Part shown: in pieces, positions 1-14,419 of the stretch | Position numbering within the stretch: the stretch's first letter is position 1 | Layout of the letters: each line of letters opens with the position of its first letter | From: the human T2T-CHM13v2.0 reference genome, Homo sapiens | Assembly: GCF_009914755.1 (NCBI RefSeq) | Contig: NC_060944.1 | Length of the DNA: 64,000 nt | Strand: one strand, 5' to 3' | Program-made: the position numbers and the translations under genes | Notes under the pieces: generated by a model | What the model was told of the DNA's origin: nothing | The model's input: only the letters and a program-made list of their open reading frames with translations | Databases searched by the model: none

Positions 1-117
1 CAATGTTCAATATTCAGGTGACATGCATACTAGAAGTCCAATCTCTACCATTGCACAATATACCCATGTAACAAACATGCATGTGTACCCCCGGAATCTA
101 GAATAAAAATTAAAAAC
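1..117 (+). mobile_element. LINE-1 3' end (L1PB/old L1PA type), cut by window edge
   Basis: caatatacccatgtaacaaacatgcatgtgtacccccggaatcta followed by an A-rich tail matches the L1 3'UTR terminus. Confidence 0.8.
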
Positions 118-407
118 AATAATTTGGGATGAATGGTATACCTAAAGGGTAAAAGTGAAAGCTTCTTAAAGCAAATGTTCCATTAAAATGTGAAATTCTC
201 CTGTGTGTGTTCACCACGTGTTCCTCACAGACCTCCCTGGGCCTTGTCCCGTGGCTCCTCCTGTCCTTAATGTGTTCCAGGAGTTCATTTAAGCACCTGT
301 GGTGGTTTGTATTATTTGGCAAATTGTCTTAAGGTGAGAGTTTCATAGTTCCTCTTAAAAGTGCACCAAAATGCGATGGCCTTATCCAATGTAGAAAGTG
401 GCCTTAA

Positions 408-716
408 GGCTGGGCACGGTGGCTCACGCCTTTAATCTCAGCACTTTGGGAGGCTGAGGTGGGTAGATCACTTGAGGTCGGGAGTTCGAGACCAGCCTGA
501 CCAACATGGTGAAACCCCGTCGCTACTAAAAATACAAAATTAGCTGAGTGGGGTGACACGAGCCCGTAATCCCAGCTACTCTGGAGGCTGAGGCAGGGAA
601 TCACTTGAACCCGGAAGGCGGAGGTAGCAGTGAGTCGAGATCATGCCATTGCACTACAGCCTGGGCAACAAGAGCGAAACTCTGTCTCAAAAAAAAAAAA
701 AAAAAAAAAAAAAAGC
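408..716 (+). mobile_element. Full-length Alu (AluSq/Sp-like)
   Basis: Dimeric Alu with poly(A); gggcaacaagagcgaaactc diagnostic; perfect TSD agaaagtggcctta at 393-406 and 717-730. Confidence 0.97.
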
Positions 717-1108
717 AGAAAGTGGCCTTATTCAAATGTCCATTACTCGTAAAACGAGGGAGCTTGTCCACAATGTGAACTTTTGGGATCTTTCTGGTTC
801 TAAATGATGGAGGAAGTGATGACTCCCAGGAAAAATACTCAAGATCCACAAGCAAAGAGGGGCCCAAACTCTAGTCTGAGATCGTGGGTTTTAAGGATAA
901 CAGATCCCTTCAGATTTCGAGGCCAGCCTGGGCTGGCTGGGCACAGTGGGGCAGAGGAGAAGGGAAACGAAAGGGGAAGGCACAACTCAACCACTGATTA
1001 GTCCTGGGGTAGAGAGCTGGAGTCACCCAGTGCATGTTCCAAAAACAGCAAGAAAAATAGCCCCTGCTCCTCCCCCAGGGTTGTGGGGGACTGCTAGATG
1101 GCAGCTAG

Positions 1109-1530
<422 letters not shown>

Positions 1531-2763
1531 GGTTCAGAAGTTGGGTTTTTCTTCTGTTTTTAACCTAACATTTTGTTTCATTGATTAAATACATTTTAAT
1601 AACTCACTCCCTTTAATGTCTCTGCCTCACCCCCTTCTCCCCACCACGGCACCCTTTCTGTTGAGTGTGTATCTTTTGTGTAGATGTCTTCTTGCAGAAT
1701 ATGTATTGCCGTGTTCTGGCCACCATAGTTCAGGTAAAGAAGATAGTAATCTTCTATTACCTCAGTCTGTCTTATTTCGTTTGGTACTATGTTTTTGAGA
1801 TCCATGCTGGTTGCTATAGGTACATCTAGCCTGATGAGGCTGGCTCCAATCAGTTGTTCACAAACTGTGCCTTGTGAAACCTTAGTGGTTCCCCTTGTCA
1901 CCTTGAAGAGCACTGGAGGGAAGAGGAGGAGAAGTAGATTTCAGAGTTGCCCACCACCCCTGGTTTAATTCTCCCACCTCCACTTTTATCTGTTTTATGC
2001 ACTGAGCCTATGTTCACCTGGGATTTTGTTCCGTTGTTAAAATCCCTAGCCTAGGAAAGGACTGGAGTTCTTCCCAGCTCGGCAGTCAGGAGCTATGCAC
2101 AGAAGGAGTTGAGCAGGTAATAGAAACCAAGGACTTGGCTCAACAGTAGCAGGTCCAGTGAAGGAGGCTCAGTGGAGGCCATGAAGTCACAATGGGGCTT
2201 GTATGGTAAGGACTATGATGTGGAAGGAGCCAGGAAGCACCCTTCTCTGTTCTCTGGTCTGGCTGGCCCCCAGGTCTGTGATGATGGAAGAATTTTACAC
2301 AGACCCCCTTTCTCTCATGGCTACAGAAAGGTTTTCCAGGTGTCAAAGTGTTGGGCAGGCTTCTGAGCCTGCAAGAGGCTGTGAACTGCACATTAGGTCA
2401 ACACTCCTTTGCGGGGTAGACACCAACAATGTATCTATTTGACTTAAATCAGACCCAGCCCCAGTTTGTCCTAGGCTGACTGTCCACAGAGCAAGATAAG
2501 GTGTCCTAGGTAAACATAGCTCTATACATCACAGAAGATCTTGGCTTCCCAGATAGAGTCAGGCTTCATCCTACATTGTCACCCAGGAAAGGTTGGGGTG
2601 CAGTTTTGGCACATGAAGGATGACTCCAGATGGTTGCGTCAGACAGATTGGCAGGGTTTTGACATTCTAACCACAGGTGTGGGTTCTGCTCTTTAGCTCT
2701 TTTCATGTTGGAAGTGTGTCCTTATTGCTGCCTTGGGAGCAATTAGATGTAGCTGCTGCTGCT

Positions 2764-3040
2764 TTTTTTTTTTTTTTTTGAGACAAGTCTACTCTGTTGC
2801 CAGGCTAGAGTGTGGCATGATCTCGGCTCACCACAACCTCTGCCTCCTGGGCTCAGGTGATCCTCCAGCCTCAGGCTCCTGAGTAGCTGGGACTGCAGGG
2901 GTGTGCAACTACGCCTGGCTAATTTTTGTATTTTTAGTAGAGATATGGTTTCATCATGTTGACCAGGCTGGTCTCAAACTCCTGGCCTCAGGTGATCTGC
3001 CCGCCTCAGCCTCCCAAAGTGCTGCCACCACACCCTGGCC
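2764..3040 (-). mobile_element. Alu (AluJb-like) with small internal deletion
   Basis: Poly-T then antisense Alu; gggctcaggtgatcctcc J-type right arm; lacks ggattacaggcgtga near the 5' end. Confidence 0.92.
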
Positions 3041-3479
3041 TAAATCCATCTTCTTATACACAAGATGCTAGAATGTCAACTTGCCATTAACCATGCCAAA
3101 AAGACAGGAAGTCTTTTTCAGTCACTCAGGACATTGTTCACTCACAAGAAAGCACACAGTGACTGAGAGTATTAGCAGAGGGTGACCTCATGGGCATGGG
3201 ACCAGGAGAAGTAGGTAGTCTTAGGGGAAGATAAGCTCATCTGTAAGATGTATCCCCAAGGATGGCAAGGACAGGGTCCGGGGTGTTTGGGGAGCAGTGT
3301 TAGTGCAGCTGGAAAAAAAAATTCCTAGAGTAAAGGTTTACGGATTAAGAGAATGGGAGCAGAGAGCAAATTGCCTTGTAAATCCCAACTTTACCCCTTA
3401 ATCTCCCTCCCATGTTTCTTGTGACATGGATCATTTAAAATTTCCATATTAGCCCTTGTCACATGCTGCATTATATTCA

Positions 3480-3843
<364 letters not shown>

Positions 3844-4029
3844 AGAAAAGTTACAGTTAAATTTTTACAAAGAAAACAAGATTGTTGTTGACATCACATG
3901 ACTTAAACTCCACAATTCTGAGTATCACCCCATTTCTACCACTAAATAGCTCTGCAACTTGGGCCAAGTCACACAAAGACAGAGTGGCCAAGTGGTGGGA
4001 GCCTACTGGTCTGTGCCTCCTGCCCTGAA

Positions 4030-4320
4030 TCATGACCGGTGCACACGCATCCATGTCCGCTCTGCTCCTTACAGCCTAACTCTAAGCAGTGCTGGCCTCC
4101 TCCTGCCCAAGGCAAACTCTTTCATCCATGCTCAAGATCCCTCCCCTCCTAGATCTGTACTGCCCACTTCCCATTAGTCAGTACCCCCATCTCCTTTTTT
4201 CATCCTCAGCCATGAGTCTTCGTCGTTCCTAAGTCCTGCTATGCGTTCTCTCTCCCCGTCCTTCACGGCAAACTCTTTGTAAGAGTGGACATTGCTTTCT
4301 GACTTCAATCTCTCTCATGA
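4030..4320 (+). mobile_element. L2 fragment
   Basis: Pyrimidine-rich degenerate sequence resembling the L2 3' region (ctcctcctgcccaaggcaaactc...). Confidence 0.4.
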
Positions 4321-4329
4321 TTAAAGAAA

Positions 4330-4900
4330 TCCAAATTTAAAAATGAAATACTGTTTTTCATATATCAGACCAGGGGTAAAATTAACATTGATAATACCTA
4401 GCGTCAATGAGGGAATAAGAAACAGACATTGTTTCCCTACTCTTTTTGTGGAAACATAAACCATTGCATCCTTTTTTGGAGGACATTGGATAATATATGT
4501 CAAAATTCAAATTATTTGACCCGACAAACTTCCTGCTAAGAGTTTACTGAGAGGGCATCTATATAATGTATATTAGGCAGATTTTTTTAAAAAAACAGAT
4601 TTATATATAATAAAATATGCAAGGCACAGAACAGTGTATATGGTATAATCTCTTTTGTGTTAAAAATAAGAAGAAAAGATAAGTGAATAGACACACATTT
4701 TGTTGGGTATGCATATCTTTTCCCTGAAGGGAACAATAAGAAATTGCTAATGTTGATTAATTACCAATAGGAAAGGGAATATGGAGTGGAAAACTTTCAC
4801 CTTTCATTTAGAAACTTCATATATGTCTTGAGATTTCTTAATTTACACACAATTATTTTATTTATTATTTTTACATATCAGGAGTTACCTGAATAGAGAC
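4330..4900 (+). mobile_element. Ancient L1 (L1ME-like) 3' fragment
   Basis: A-rich degenerate match to the ORF2 end/3'UTR (gataatacctagcgtcaatgagggaataag...tttgacccgacaaacttcctgctaag). Confidence 0.5.
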
Positions 4901-5439
4901 AGTAGAGGTCAACTTTTATTTTCTTCTTTGTATTTCTGTCTACTAAGAAATACTAAAGAAAACAATAAGGGCAAATGATAAGAAATAGTTATAGAGAATA
5001 TAAACTATGTAAAAAGAGTTTTGCTTTTCAAGTACGGTAAATTCTGGTCCTACATATTCTAGCCTTTAGCCCCATGAGGTTGGTCTAACTATGAAGATAC
5101 CTAGCCCAACTTCTTTCTTTCCCACATCCCAAGCCTGTCTCAGTCTTGCAACTCCCACTCCTTAGGAGTGAATGCCCCAGGAAAGGAAAGTCCTGGGGGA
5201 CCAACGGTGTCTCCTTGCAGCAAAAGGATCTGAGTGTGTTCTTGCAGTTGGCCCAGCTGGCCCAGGCACTGGTTAATCTGCGGCAGACACAGAGCTCACC
5301 CGCTTTTCTCTGAAGCCCTGGCTGTTGTAATAATAAAATTTGGCTCACAGACAGGATGGGAACATCATTCTCTCAGCTATAATCACAATGAGCCTGGGGA
5401 TACACACTTTATGTCCTGAATACAAAGCGAAGGAATGGG

Positions 5440-5685
5440 CAAAGACAACAAGGGGAGGGAAGATGAATAGGAAAATAAAAAGTGATAAATATCTCTAGGA
5501 GCTAAAGAAGGGACAAAGAGAAGAAAATGGAGTGGGAAGAAGGAAAATCCCAGAAAAAAATATAACGAGAAAGAGAGAGAAAAATTGTGAAGAGAAGAGA
5601 AGGTGATGATAAAAAAGAGAGACAAATAAGAAAGAAAGGAGAGGTGAGAGGAAGAAAGAGAAAGGGGGAAAGAAGGAGGGAGTTT
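5440..5685. repeat. GA-rich low-complexity tract
   Basis: Nearly pure purine strand. Confidence 0.8.
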
Positions 5686-5959
5686 CACCTAAGACACCAT
5701 AAAACTTTCATAGACAATAAGTCTCTCCCATAAACAAGATGAGGATGAGTTAAATTAATAGGAATTCAAACATGTGGATTATATTTCCCTTCAAAGCCAC
5801 ATGGGTTTCTAAAAGAAACAGGCTAGGGGTTGGAGGCAAAATGCAAGCAATGTTTTTCCAATCTCATCATTTGACAAAAAAAAAAAAAAAAAAGTATTTG
5901 CAGTTGGAAGAGTTTGACATGCTTTTGAGTTCAGTGAATTCTGTGTTCTTATAATCACC

Positions 5960-6120
5960 TCTTCTCTCTAACTCCTGCTTTTGATTATGGGAAGTGATGC
6001 AGCTTCTGAGAAAATAACATCTGCCATTTTGGAAACGAAAAGGAAATGAATGCACAATCATTGTCTCACCTGAGGGAGGCCTCACAAATCATCCGGGTGT
6101 GTGTTGTGATGTTGGCCCCG
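5960..6120. promoter_or_regulatory. Candidate immune-cell enhancer (ETS, STAT GAS, EICE motifs)
   Basis: GGAAGTG 5990-5996, TTCTGAGAA 6004-6012, GGAAACGAAA 6031-6040 in non-repetitive sequence; motif evidence only. Confidence 0.4.
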
Positions 6121-6246
6121 CAGGGATGGTAAGGAGGGTGTGGGTTTTATTTGTGGGGTCCAGGCCATCTCTCATGCAGAGAACAGCCTTGCACAGAAGC
6201 TGAAGGGACACCTCTGCCTTCAGACCTCAGATGCCATGTTCCTCAC

Positions 6247-6293
6247 GATCTAACAAGAATATTCTCACTGAATCAGCAGTCCCAGTGCCCTAG
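6247..6293 (+). repeat. 47-bp dispersed direct repeat, copy 1
   Basis: 45/47 identical to 8245-8291. Confidence 0.95.
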
Positions 6294-6720
6294 GGAGAGG
6301 GGTGGGCGGATGGGTGCTCACTTCCTATCCCTGTTGGCGTTTCCTGCCCACCTATTTCAGGTTGCCTTCTAACTGGCTCTGAGCTGGCTGAAATCATGCC
6401 CACAGCTTGCATAGGAGCCTGGCTGACAGGGCCTGAGTGACTTCACATGTCACCTACCAGTGACATAGATCAGAGCTTACAGTGAACTGATAGAAGAGCT
6501 CAGAGAATTTGCCATGAATTGTTATAAACCAGGAGGTGATTCCACCTGCCTTGGACTTTCTCTTACTGATATTCAGTGCTCTGTTGCCTCAGGACTCAGA
6601 CAGTGCCTACAAAATGCCAAACCATCAGAAAAAGCTAAGAGCTTATTAATCATCTGGGAACTTCCAAAAGAAGTCAATCAGTGATGTAACATGCAGCAAA
6701 TGCACATCTGTCATGTGTCC

Positions 6721-7160
6721 TGTAGTGACAGATGCTGTCCTTGTTCTAATCAAGCCCCCTCAGTGAATCTCCTCACAGCTTGGACACTGCCTCTAGCTCA
6801 TGTGTGCTTTGCTCCTAGAGGCCCGAACCTATGACTTCCTTCAAATAACTGAACCAACCCTTGGAGCTACTCTGCCCAGGCTTGGAGACCTTGAAGTGCC
6901 TGGTAGTCTACATCCCCCAGTAGCCACAGACTGCCGGGGCAGGAGCCTGAAGGCCTTTTGACTCAAGGGGTCACTTGCAGACAGGGTCAGGCCAAGGCTG
7001 GGACTCCCCCTGAGATCACCTCCTTGCTTGGCTTCTTCCCCTCCCCTTTTCTGCTTACCCTACTCTCTTACTGGTCTCGCCTGGAAGCACTTCCTTAAGA
7101 AATCATTTGCTCTTGTACTGTTGCCTCAGAAAAACATCTTGGAGAACCTGACCCAAGACA
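6721..7160 (+). mobile_element. ERVL solo LTR (LTR16-like)
   Basis: TG...CA ends; terminal gagaacctgacccaagaca typical of the LTR16 family. Confidence 0.7.
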
Positions 7161-7254
7161 TCTGCCTCATGATAGGCACAATGAGGAGAAAAATAAAACT
7201 CTTGCCTTCAATGTGACTGTCCCACAACAAAGCAGTTAAGAAAAAATGTATATA

Positions 7255-7537
7255 TTTTTGAGACAGGGTCTCACTCTGTTACCCAGGCTGCAAGCAGTGG
7301 CACAATCTTGGCTCACTGCACCTCCACCTCCTGGGTTCAAACGATTCTTGTGCCTCAGCCTCCGAGTAGCTGGGATTACAGGCACGTGCCATCACGCCTG
7401 GCTAATTTTTGTATTTTTAGCAGAGACAGAGTTTCGTCGTGTTGGCCAGCTGGTCTTGAACTCCTGGCCTCAAGTGATCCACCCACCTCGCCCTCCCAAA
7501 GTGCTGGAATTACAGGTGTGAGCCACTGTACCTGGCC
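7255..7537 (-). mobile_element. AluS
   Basis: Antisense Alu dimer with short tail. Confidence 0.95.
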
Positions 7538-8119
7538 AGGAAAAATATTTCTTAAACAGCAACAAGGGGGCAAAAATGTTGGGGTTCAGTTACACCCCAT
7601 CTCTGTCATTGAATGCTTGTCATGGTGCCAGCACAGAGTAATGTTAATGTTAATAGAAAAGAAGAGTGAATAGAGCCAGAGGAGAGATAGGGGCACTTTC
7701 AAAAGAGATGGACTTTGAGACATGGGTAGAGCTCACAGCACTTGGCATAATGTTGGCACTAACATTGCACATGAACTCAATTCCTCCCTCTTTTGATCTA
7801 GAACTCTACTTGGAAGCAGGTTCGGGGGCTGAGAGAGAAACTTCCCCAGGGATCTGCCTGCCCTTTTCACCACTGCCTAATTCAGGAGGGTAGTTGGCTG
7901 CCAGAGTTGTTTCTTGTGAATTATTTGTGTCCAGACCAGAGTCCACCCGCTTTGATAGTCAGCTTTTTCCCAAGGTCTTGTGATTTGAATTCTCTTTGGG
8001 GAATAAGGGCATGACACGAGATATGTTATCCAGGGAGGTGTGAAAAATGCTCCAGGTTTAATTTCTGAAGAAATAAACCCCATCTTGCTTTCAATTCCGT
8101 TTTCTGATTGACTACCTTG

Positions 8120-8340
8120 TTGATTCACTCAGCTATCATTACCCAGCACCGACTGTGTGCCAGGCATTGAACTAACCTCCACTCACTCACTGTCTAATAC
8201 AGGAGCAGATACATAATATTTTAGTTCAGCGTGATGAGGGCAATGATCTAACAAGAATATTCTCCCTGAATCAGCAGTCCCAGTACCCTAGTTGAGAGAC
8301 CCACATGGGGCTCATAGAAGTACAGAGAACTGGACCCTCC
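8120..8340 (-). mobile_element. L2 3' fragment interrupted by the 47-bp insert
   Basis: attcactcagctatcattacccagcaccgactgtgtgccaggca is the antisense L2 3' end. Confidence 0.55.
8245..8291 (+). repeat. 47-bp dispersed direct repeat, copy 2
   Basis: 45/47 identical to 6247-6293. Confidence 0.95.
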
Positions 8341-9059
8341 CCGAGCCCACCACTGCCTACCACGCTTAATCAAGGCCAATTGCTCTTGAGTGAAGCCATG
8401 TGCAAATTAGTAGTCAAGGTCATTCTTGGGTTGACTACAACCTTTTTTGCACATACTTGTCTCCATCACAGCTTTCAAAAGAATTATTTTTCATATAAAA
8501 AAATCTCTTCCCTTGTAGCCTGGGTTTCCAAGGGTAAAGAAAATGAAGCATTCTGTAAACCACTTCTTTCATACAAATACGAGGAGCTTTCAAGCGGTAG
8601 ATTTATGGTCTGTGTGTACACTGTTGCTTAGATCCCAACAGAAAAACAAAATGTAAGCTAATACATACACAGGTAGGAGAAATTCATATTTCACATGATA
8701 TCCTAAAGTGATACCTGGTAAAACATCATTCTACTTCCTTTCTGAGTATCATCTCTGTGAATATCTTTGCAGCTGTTTTTATGAGCTTATTGGCAATCAT
8801 GTGACCTTTTAGTGTCAACAATGCAACTTTAACTATTGCTTCTGTAGGTTTGATCTCTTCTCTGTATTTAGAAAGAAACCCCGGTAATTCCATCTTGAAA
8901 AACATTATTTTACACTCTTTCTGACTGGCGGTGTGGGACTCATTTAGTTTACTAAGGAGGTGATTGTATTGTTTTGGAAAATCCCATAAATGCTTAAATG
9001 GCTTTTATACTGCTGTTCAGCCATGGCTTTGAGGAAGTCAAATGGATTGACTGAATTCA

Positions 9060-11390
9060 GTGAATAGATGTAGAGAGTAAGGAAGATTAAGGGTTCAGGG
9101 GTGACCCTCAAGTTTCTAATTTGTTGGCTGTGTGTGGTGAAGCCCCCAGTTGAGAGACAGAATCCAAAATCAGGAGCGATTTGGAGGTGGGAAAGGTAAT
9201 GAATGCTATTTTAGGTCTGTTGAGTTCGAGGTGCCCATGGGGCATCCAAGGATGGTCAGTGTCTGTGAGTCTTCTGTGAGTGCATGAGGGTCTAAGATAG
9301 AGGGGTGGATCTGGAAGTTATCCGCATATGGTGGCAATTAAAACTGAAAGCTAATAAGGTCATTGTAGGAGTTAGAGAGCAGTGGGGATGGACTGACTTT
9401 CGAGGGGCAAGCAAAGGAAGAGGGTCCCCAAAAAGGAGAGAAGGCAGTGCTAGAGAGACCTCAGGAGAGTGCAGTCATATGGAAGGGAAGGGAATAGAAT
9501 GTTTTAAAGAGAAGGGAGTGTGCTATGGACGGGATGTATTCTCCCAGAGTTCATATGTTGAAGCCCTAACCCCTAATGTGATAGTATTTGGTGATGAGAC
9601 CTTGGGATTCAAATTTATTTAGATGAGGCCTTTGGCCTTTAGATTTAGATGAGGTCATGAGGGCAGGGTTCTCATGGTGGAATTAATGCCCCTATAAGAG
9701 AGCAGAGAGGTTTCTCCCTCTCTCTCTCTTCCACCATGTGAAAACGTGGCCATCTGCAAGCCAGGAAGAGAGCCCCCACAAGGAACCATATAGACTTCTC
9801 AGCCTCCAGAACCATGAGAAATAAATTTCTGTTGTTTAAGCCATCAAGCTGATGGCATTTTAAAAAATAGCAGCCCTAGTAGACTGAGACGGAGAATTCC
9901 AAAGATACAAAGAAATCCAGCGAGATTAGAACTGAACATGGTATAGAGGTAATGTGTGACTTTGCTGGGAGAGTAGTTGGAGTAATTGGCAAAAGCAAGG
10001 TCTGATTTCATGGGTAAAACAGTGCCAAGTCTTCTGGAAGGATGTGGACGAATAGGGAAGGAGAGCAATTACAGAGCAGACAGAGGGCAACAAATAAACA
10101 TGACTGTTTCGGATGTCAGGCTTGTTTAGAGTCTGAGAGGAAGTTTCCAGCGGAGAAAGACAAATGGAAAGTGTTAGGGAAAGAGGAAGACTGGATTGAG
10201 GGGCTGGCCTTGTACGGGGGAAGGTAGGGGATGGCTGTGAGTGTAGATAGGCATATGAGGGTGTAGGGATAGGAAGCTGGTGTTCATGTCTGATGGCGTT
10301 CATGTCTCCATGAAGCAGAAGGCAGAGTCATCACTGACAGTGAGAAGCAGGGGAAGGCTTCAGTAGGGGCTCTATGAGGGCAAAGAAGTTTAGAATAATT
10401 GAGATGGTGGAGGGAGATGAATCTTCCTCTCCCTCCCCCAGAAGATGAGTAACAGAATTGCTTAATTCAGGCACCAAATTAAGTTTGGAGAACTTGAATT
10501 TATAATGATCTGATTTTCTCCAGCAACCCTTGGCTTCAGAAGTGGAGAAAATGGATTGGGTATTGACCCTGGGTGTGCATTTTGCAGGACAGGTGAGGCA
10601 GACAGATACATGTACAAGGAAACTGAGCGTTCTGGATAGAAGACAATCCGATGAAAGTGTTCCATCTGAGAGAAAACAAAACAAAACAGAAAACAGGCCA
10701 GGATGCAGCTGAGATGCAAGATACATGATATGGGAGGCGTGTCAAGGGACAGAGACCTCTAAGAGGTAGAAGAAGAGAAGTGGAGGAATCCAGGGTTGAA
10801 AGCGTGGCCAATCCGTCAGTGCCAGTGGAACTGAAAGGCTGAGATAAAACAGAAGTGATAGAGCAAGCACCTAGGAGGAAAACACAAAGTGTGCAGATGG
10901 GCTGTCAGAGGGCCAGCTCGCTGGGATCACCCAGAACAACATCAGGAAATGGTGCAGAGGAAGGACAACAGGCTGGAATTCAAGTGGTTAGTGAATGAGA
11001 TGGCAAGGCGAGGAGGTGGGCAGTTTAAACTAACCAGATGAGCCACAGAGTGGCAGACCTGGATGATGGGAGCATCAAAGGAAGAGGGATTTTTACTCAA
11101 TGGGCTCTCAGGGTCCAAACCATCATCAGAGGAGTAAAATGGGATCAGGAGGATGTCTCAGTGGTGTGTGAGTATGAGAAGAGCAGCCCACAATGAAGAG
11201 GGCTGCAGAAAAGTCACGGTCCTTAGGGAGAGTTCCTGCTAGTGGTTTAGGACACAAGGGGGTTTGCTTATAATGGAAGGAAAGTTCCAGAGAGGTACTA
11301 GGATGGAATAGGGATGGGTAGGCTGGGTATCTATTGAGGGGATCCAGGAGGAGAAAAAGATAAGGTCTGCAAAGGATGAAGGGTTGGGGA
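9060..11390 (-). mobile_element. Degenerate L2 fragments (interrupted by an MLT1A LTR)
   Basis: Purine-rich antisense L2 motifs, e.g. ttttaggtctgttgagttcgaggtgcccatggggcatccaag. Confidence 0.55.
9521..9890 (+). mobile_element. MaLR solo LTR (MLT1A/MLT1A0-like)
   Basis: tgctatgg...gttcatatgttgaagccctaacccc...cagcctccagaaccatgagaaataaatttctgttgtttaagcca...ctgagac. Confidence 0.88.
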
Positions 11391-11405
11391 GGGAGTTTCC
11401 CCCAC

Positions 11406-11704
11406 TTTTGTGAGACAGGGTCTTGCTCTGTTGCCCAGGCTAGAATGCAGCGGCCCAAACATGGCTCACTGAAGCCTCAACCTCCAAAGTTCAAGCAATA
11501 TTCCCATCAATCCTCCCATCTCAGCCTCCTAAGTTACTGGGACTACTGGTGTGCACCACCATGCCAGGCTAATTTTTTATTTTTTGTAGAGACAGGGCCT
11601 CGCCATGTTGCCCAAGCTGATTTTGAACTCCTGAGATCAAGCAATCCTCCCGCCTCAGCCTCCCAAAGTGCTGGGATTACAGGTAGGAGCCACCATGCCC
11701 AGCC
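11406..11704 (-). mobile_element. AluJ
   Basis: Antisense Alu with J diagnostics (tttttgtagagacaggg, tcaagcaatcctcccgcc). Confidence 0.93.
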
Positions 11705-12129
11705 AAGAGTTGCTCTTTTATGGATTCCAAGCTGTACAGGATGAGAGACATGATAGGAATGTCCTCAAATGCCTTGACTGCGGCACAAGCCAGTTTAGTT
11801 TTAGAGTCCCTGAAAACCCTAGGGGTGGATTATTTAGCCTCAGAAGAGGCAAGGCTTCCCCACATGCTCAGAATGGTGATGGGAGGTACTAACTTCTCTC
11901 ATCTGTCATGGGTTTGAAATGCTCTCCCTCATGTAGAATCTCACACAATGCTCATACAGCCTGTTGATTTATGCCATTCAGGGATAATGACCATCAGGCT
12001 GTGAGACCTCAACAGCAGTTAATGCCCAAAGTAAGGAAAAGGAGATTTGGGGCCAGGAGACAAAGCTGGGTGTACCCACAATTTTGCTGAGGCTTCACCA
12101 TAAGCACATTCATCCAAGACATCTCAGCA

Positions 12130-12300
12130 TAGCATACGGGATAAACACAGGGACTGGGTCTGACCTGCATTTAAAACCTGGATCTACCACTTTCCATGAG
12201 CAAATTCTTGGCTCTTTGAGGTTCATTTTTCTCATGGGTATAAAATGGGGCTTTCAGGGATAAAGCAATGCATCATTTGTAGTTCCTAGCTAATGGTAGG
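12130..12300 (+). mobile_element. MIR
   Basis: gacctgcatttaaaacctggatctaccact...ttttctcatgggtataaaatgggg. Confidence 0.55.
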
Positions 12301-12324
12301 TGTAAAATTAAAGATTTATCTTCT

Positions 12325-13201
<877 letters not shown>

Positions 13202-14045
13202 TTAAAAAAAATTCTCTCCCCTTGCTATCCAGATACTACTTATTTATGAGGCCCTGAGAAGCTGCCTAAATGTTACCCTGGATTATTCACCAAAGGTCTC
13301 TGCCTACCTATAAGGTGGCTTGGGAGGAAGTATCTGCAGCTAATGCCTTCTAAACAAACATTTTCTGCCTTTTGTGTTTCCCGCTCATTGGCCTCGCCCA
13401 GGGCATGGGGAGATCTATGTGGGGTTTAATGAATGATTGCACTTTACAGGATTTAGCTCACACTATAAATAGGACCTACATTTCAGTGGTGGGATTTATA
13501 AACTGCGGGTGGTAGGCTGCAGGAGGATTGGCATGACTGTAGGATTTGTCTAAAACACCAAGTGAGTGAGTGAGTAAAAATAGCCACCAAGGAACCTGTC
13601 TGGCCCAGGACACATTAATCAGTTTGCTGGAGCCTTGTCCGGCATTGCCCCAGGGGCTGGGCAGGAGCTGACTTGAGTGGAGCCTTTTAGGATCAGGAAG
13701 TGACCTGGTGCCAGGCGGGGAAATGACATTCCTCAGCAATCAGCTGTCCTGGTCCTGGGTGGGCAAGGAAGTAAGGCGTTTTTCTCCATGGAGGCTATTG
13801 GCCCAATACCATCTCTAAAGCCAAAAGCTAAACATGATCAAATATGGCTGGATGTGGAGTGAAGTTCTAAATTTTAAAAAATCTTATGAGAAGAAAATAA
13901 AGCTCAGTAATTTCATCCCACAGGTTAGAACCAGGCTCCTGGAGGTGCGCCAAACCCCAGGTCTTATTCTTTCCCCAGTGTGGAGGGACTTTGGGGAGTT
14001 GTCATCCCCCCAGGGAGGTCCCAGTTTGGACATGGGAACAGGAGG

Positions 14046-14419
14046 TGTCTTAGTCCTTTCCTGCTGCTATAACAAAATACCTTAGATAGGATAATTTATA
14101 AATAATAGAAATTTATTTTTCATAGTTCTGGAGGCTGGGAAGTCCAAGATCAAGGTGCTGGCAGGCTTGGTGTCTGGTAAGGGAGGGTTGCTCTCTTTGC
14201 TCCCAAGATAGTGCCTTGTTACCGCGTCCTCACGTAGCAGAAGGTGGAAGCTGGAGGCAACTCTCTCAAGCCTCTTTTGTAAGGGCATTAATCCCGTTCC
14301 ATGAGGGTGGAGCCCTTATAATCAGTCACTTCCCAGAAGCCTCCTCCTAATACCATCACCTTGGTGATTAGGTTTTAACCTATGAATTTTGGAGGGACAC
14401 ATACATTCAAATCATTGCA
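14046..14419 (-). mobile_element. MaLR solo LTR (MST/MLT1A group)
   Basis: tgtcttagtc...gttctggaggctgggaagtccaagatcaagg...cattcaaatcattgca; TSD ggagg/ggtgg. Confidence 0.88.
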
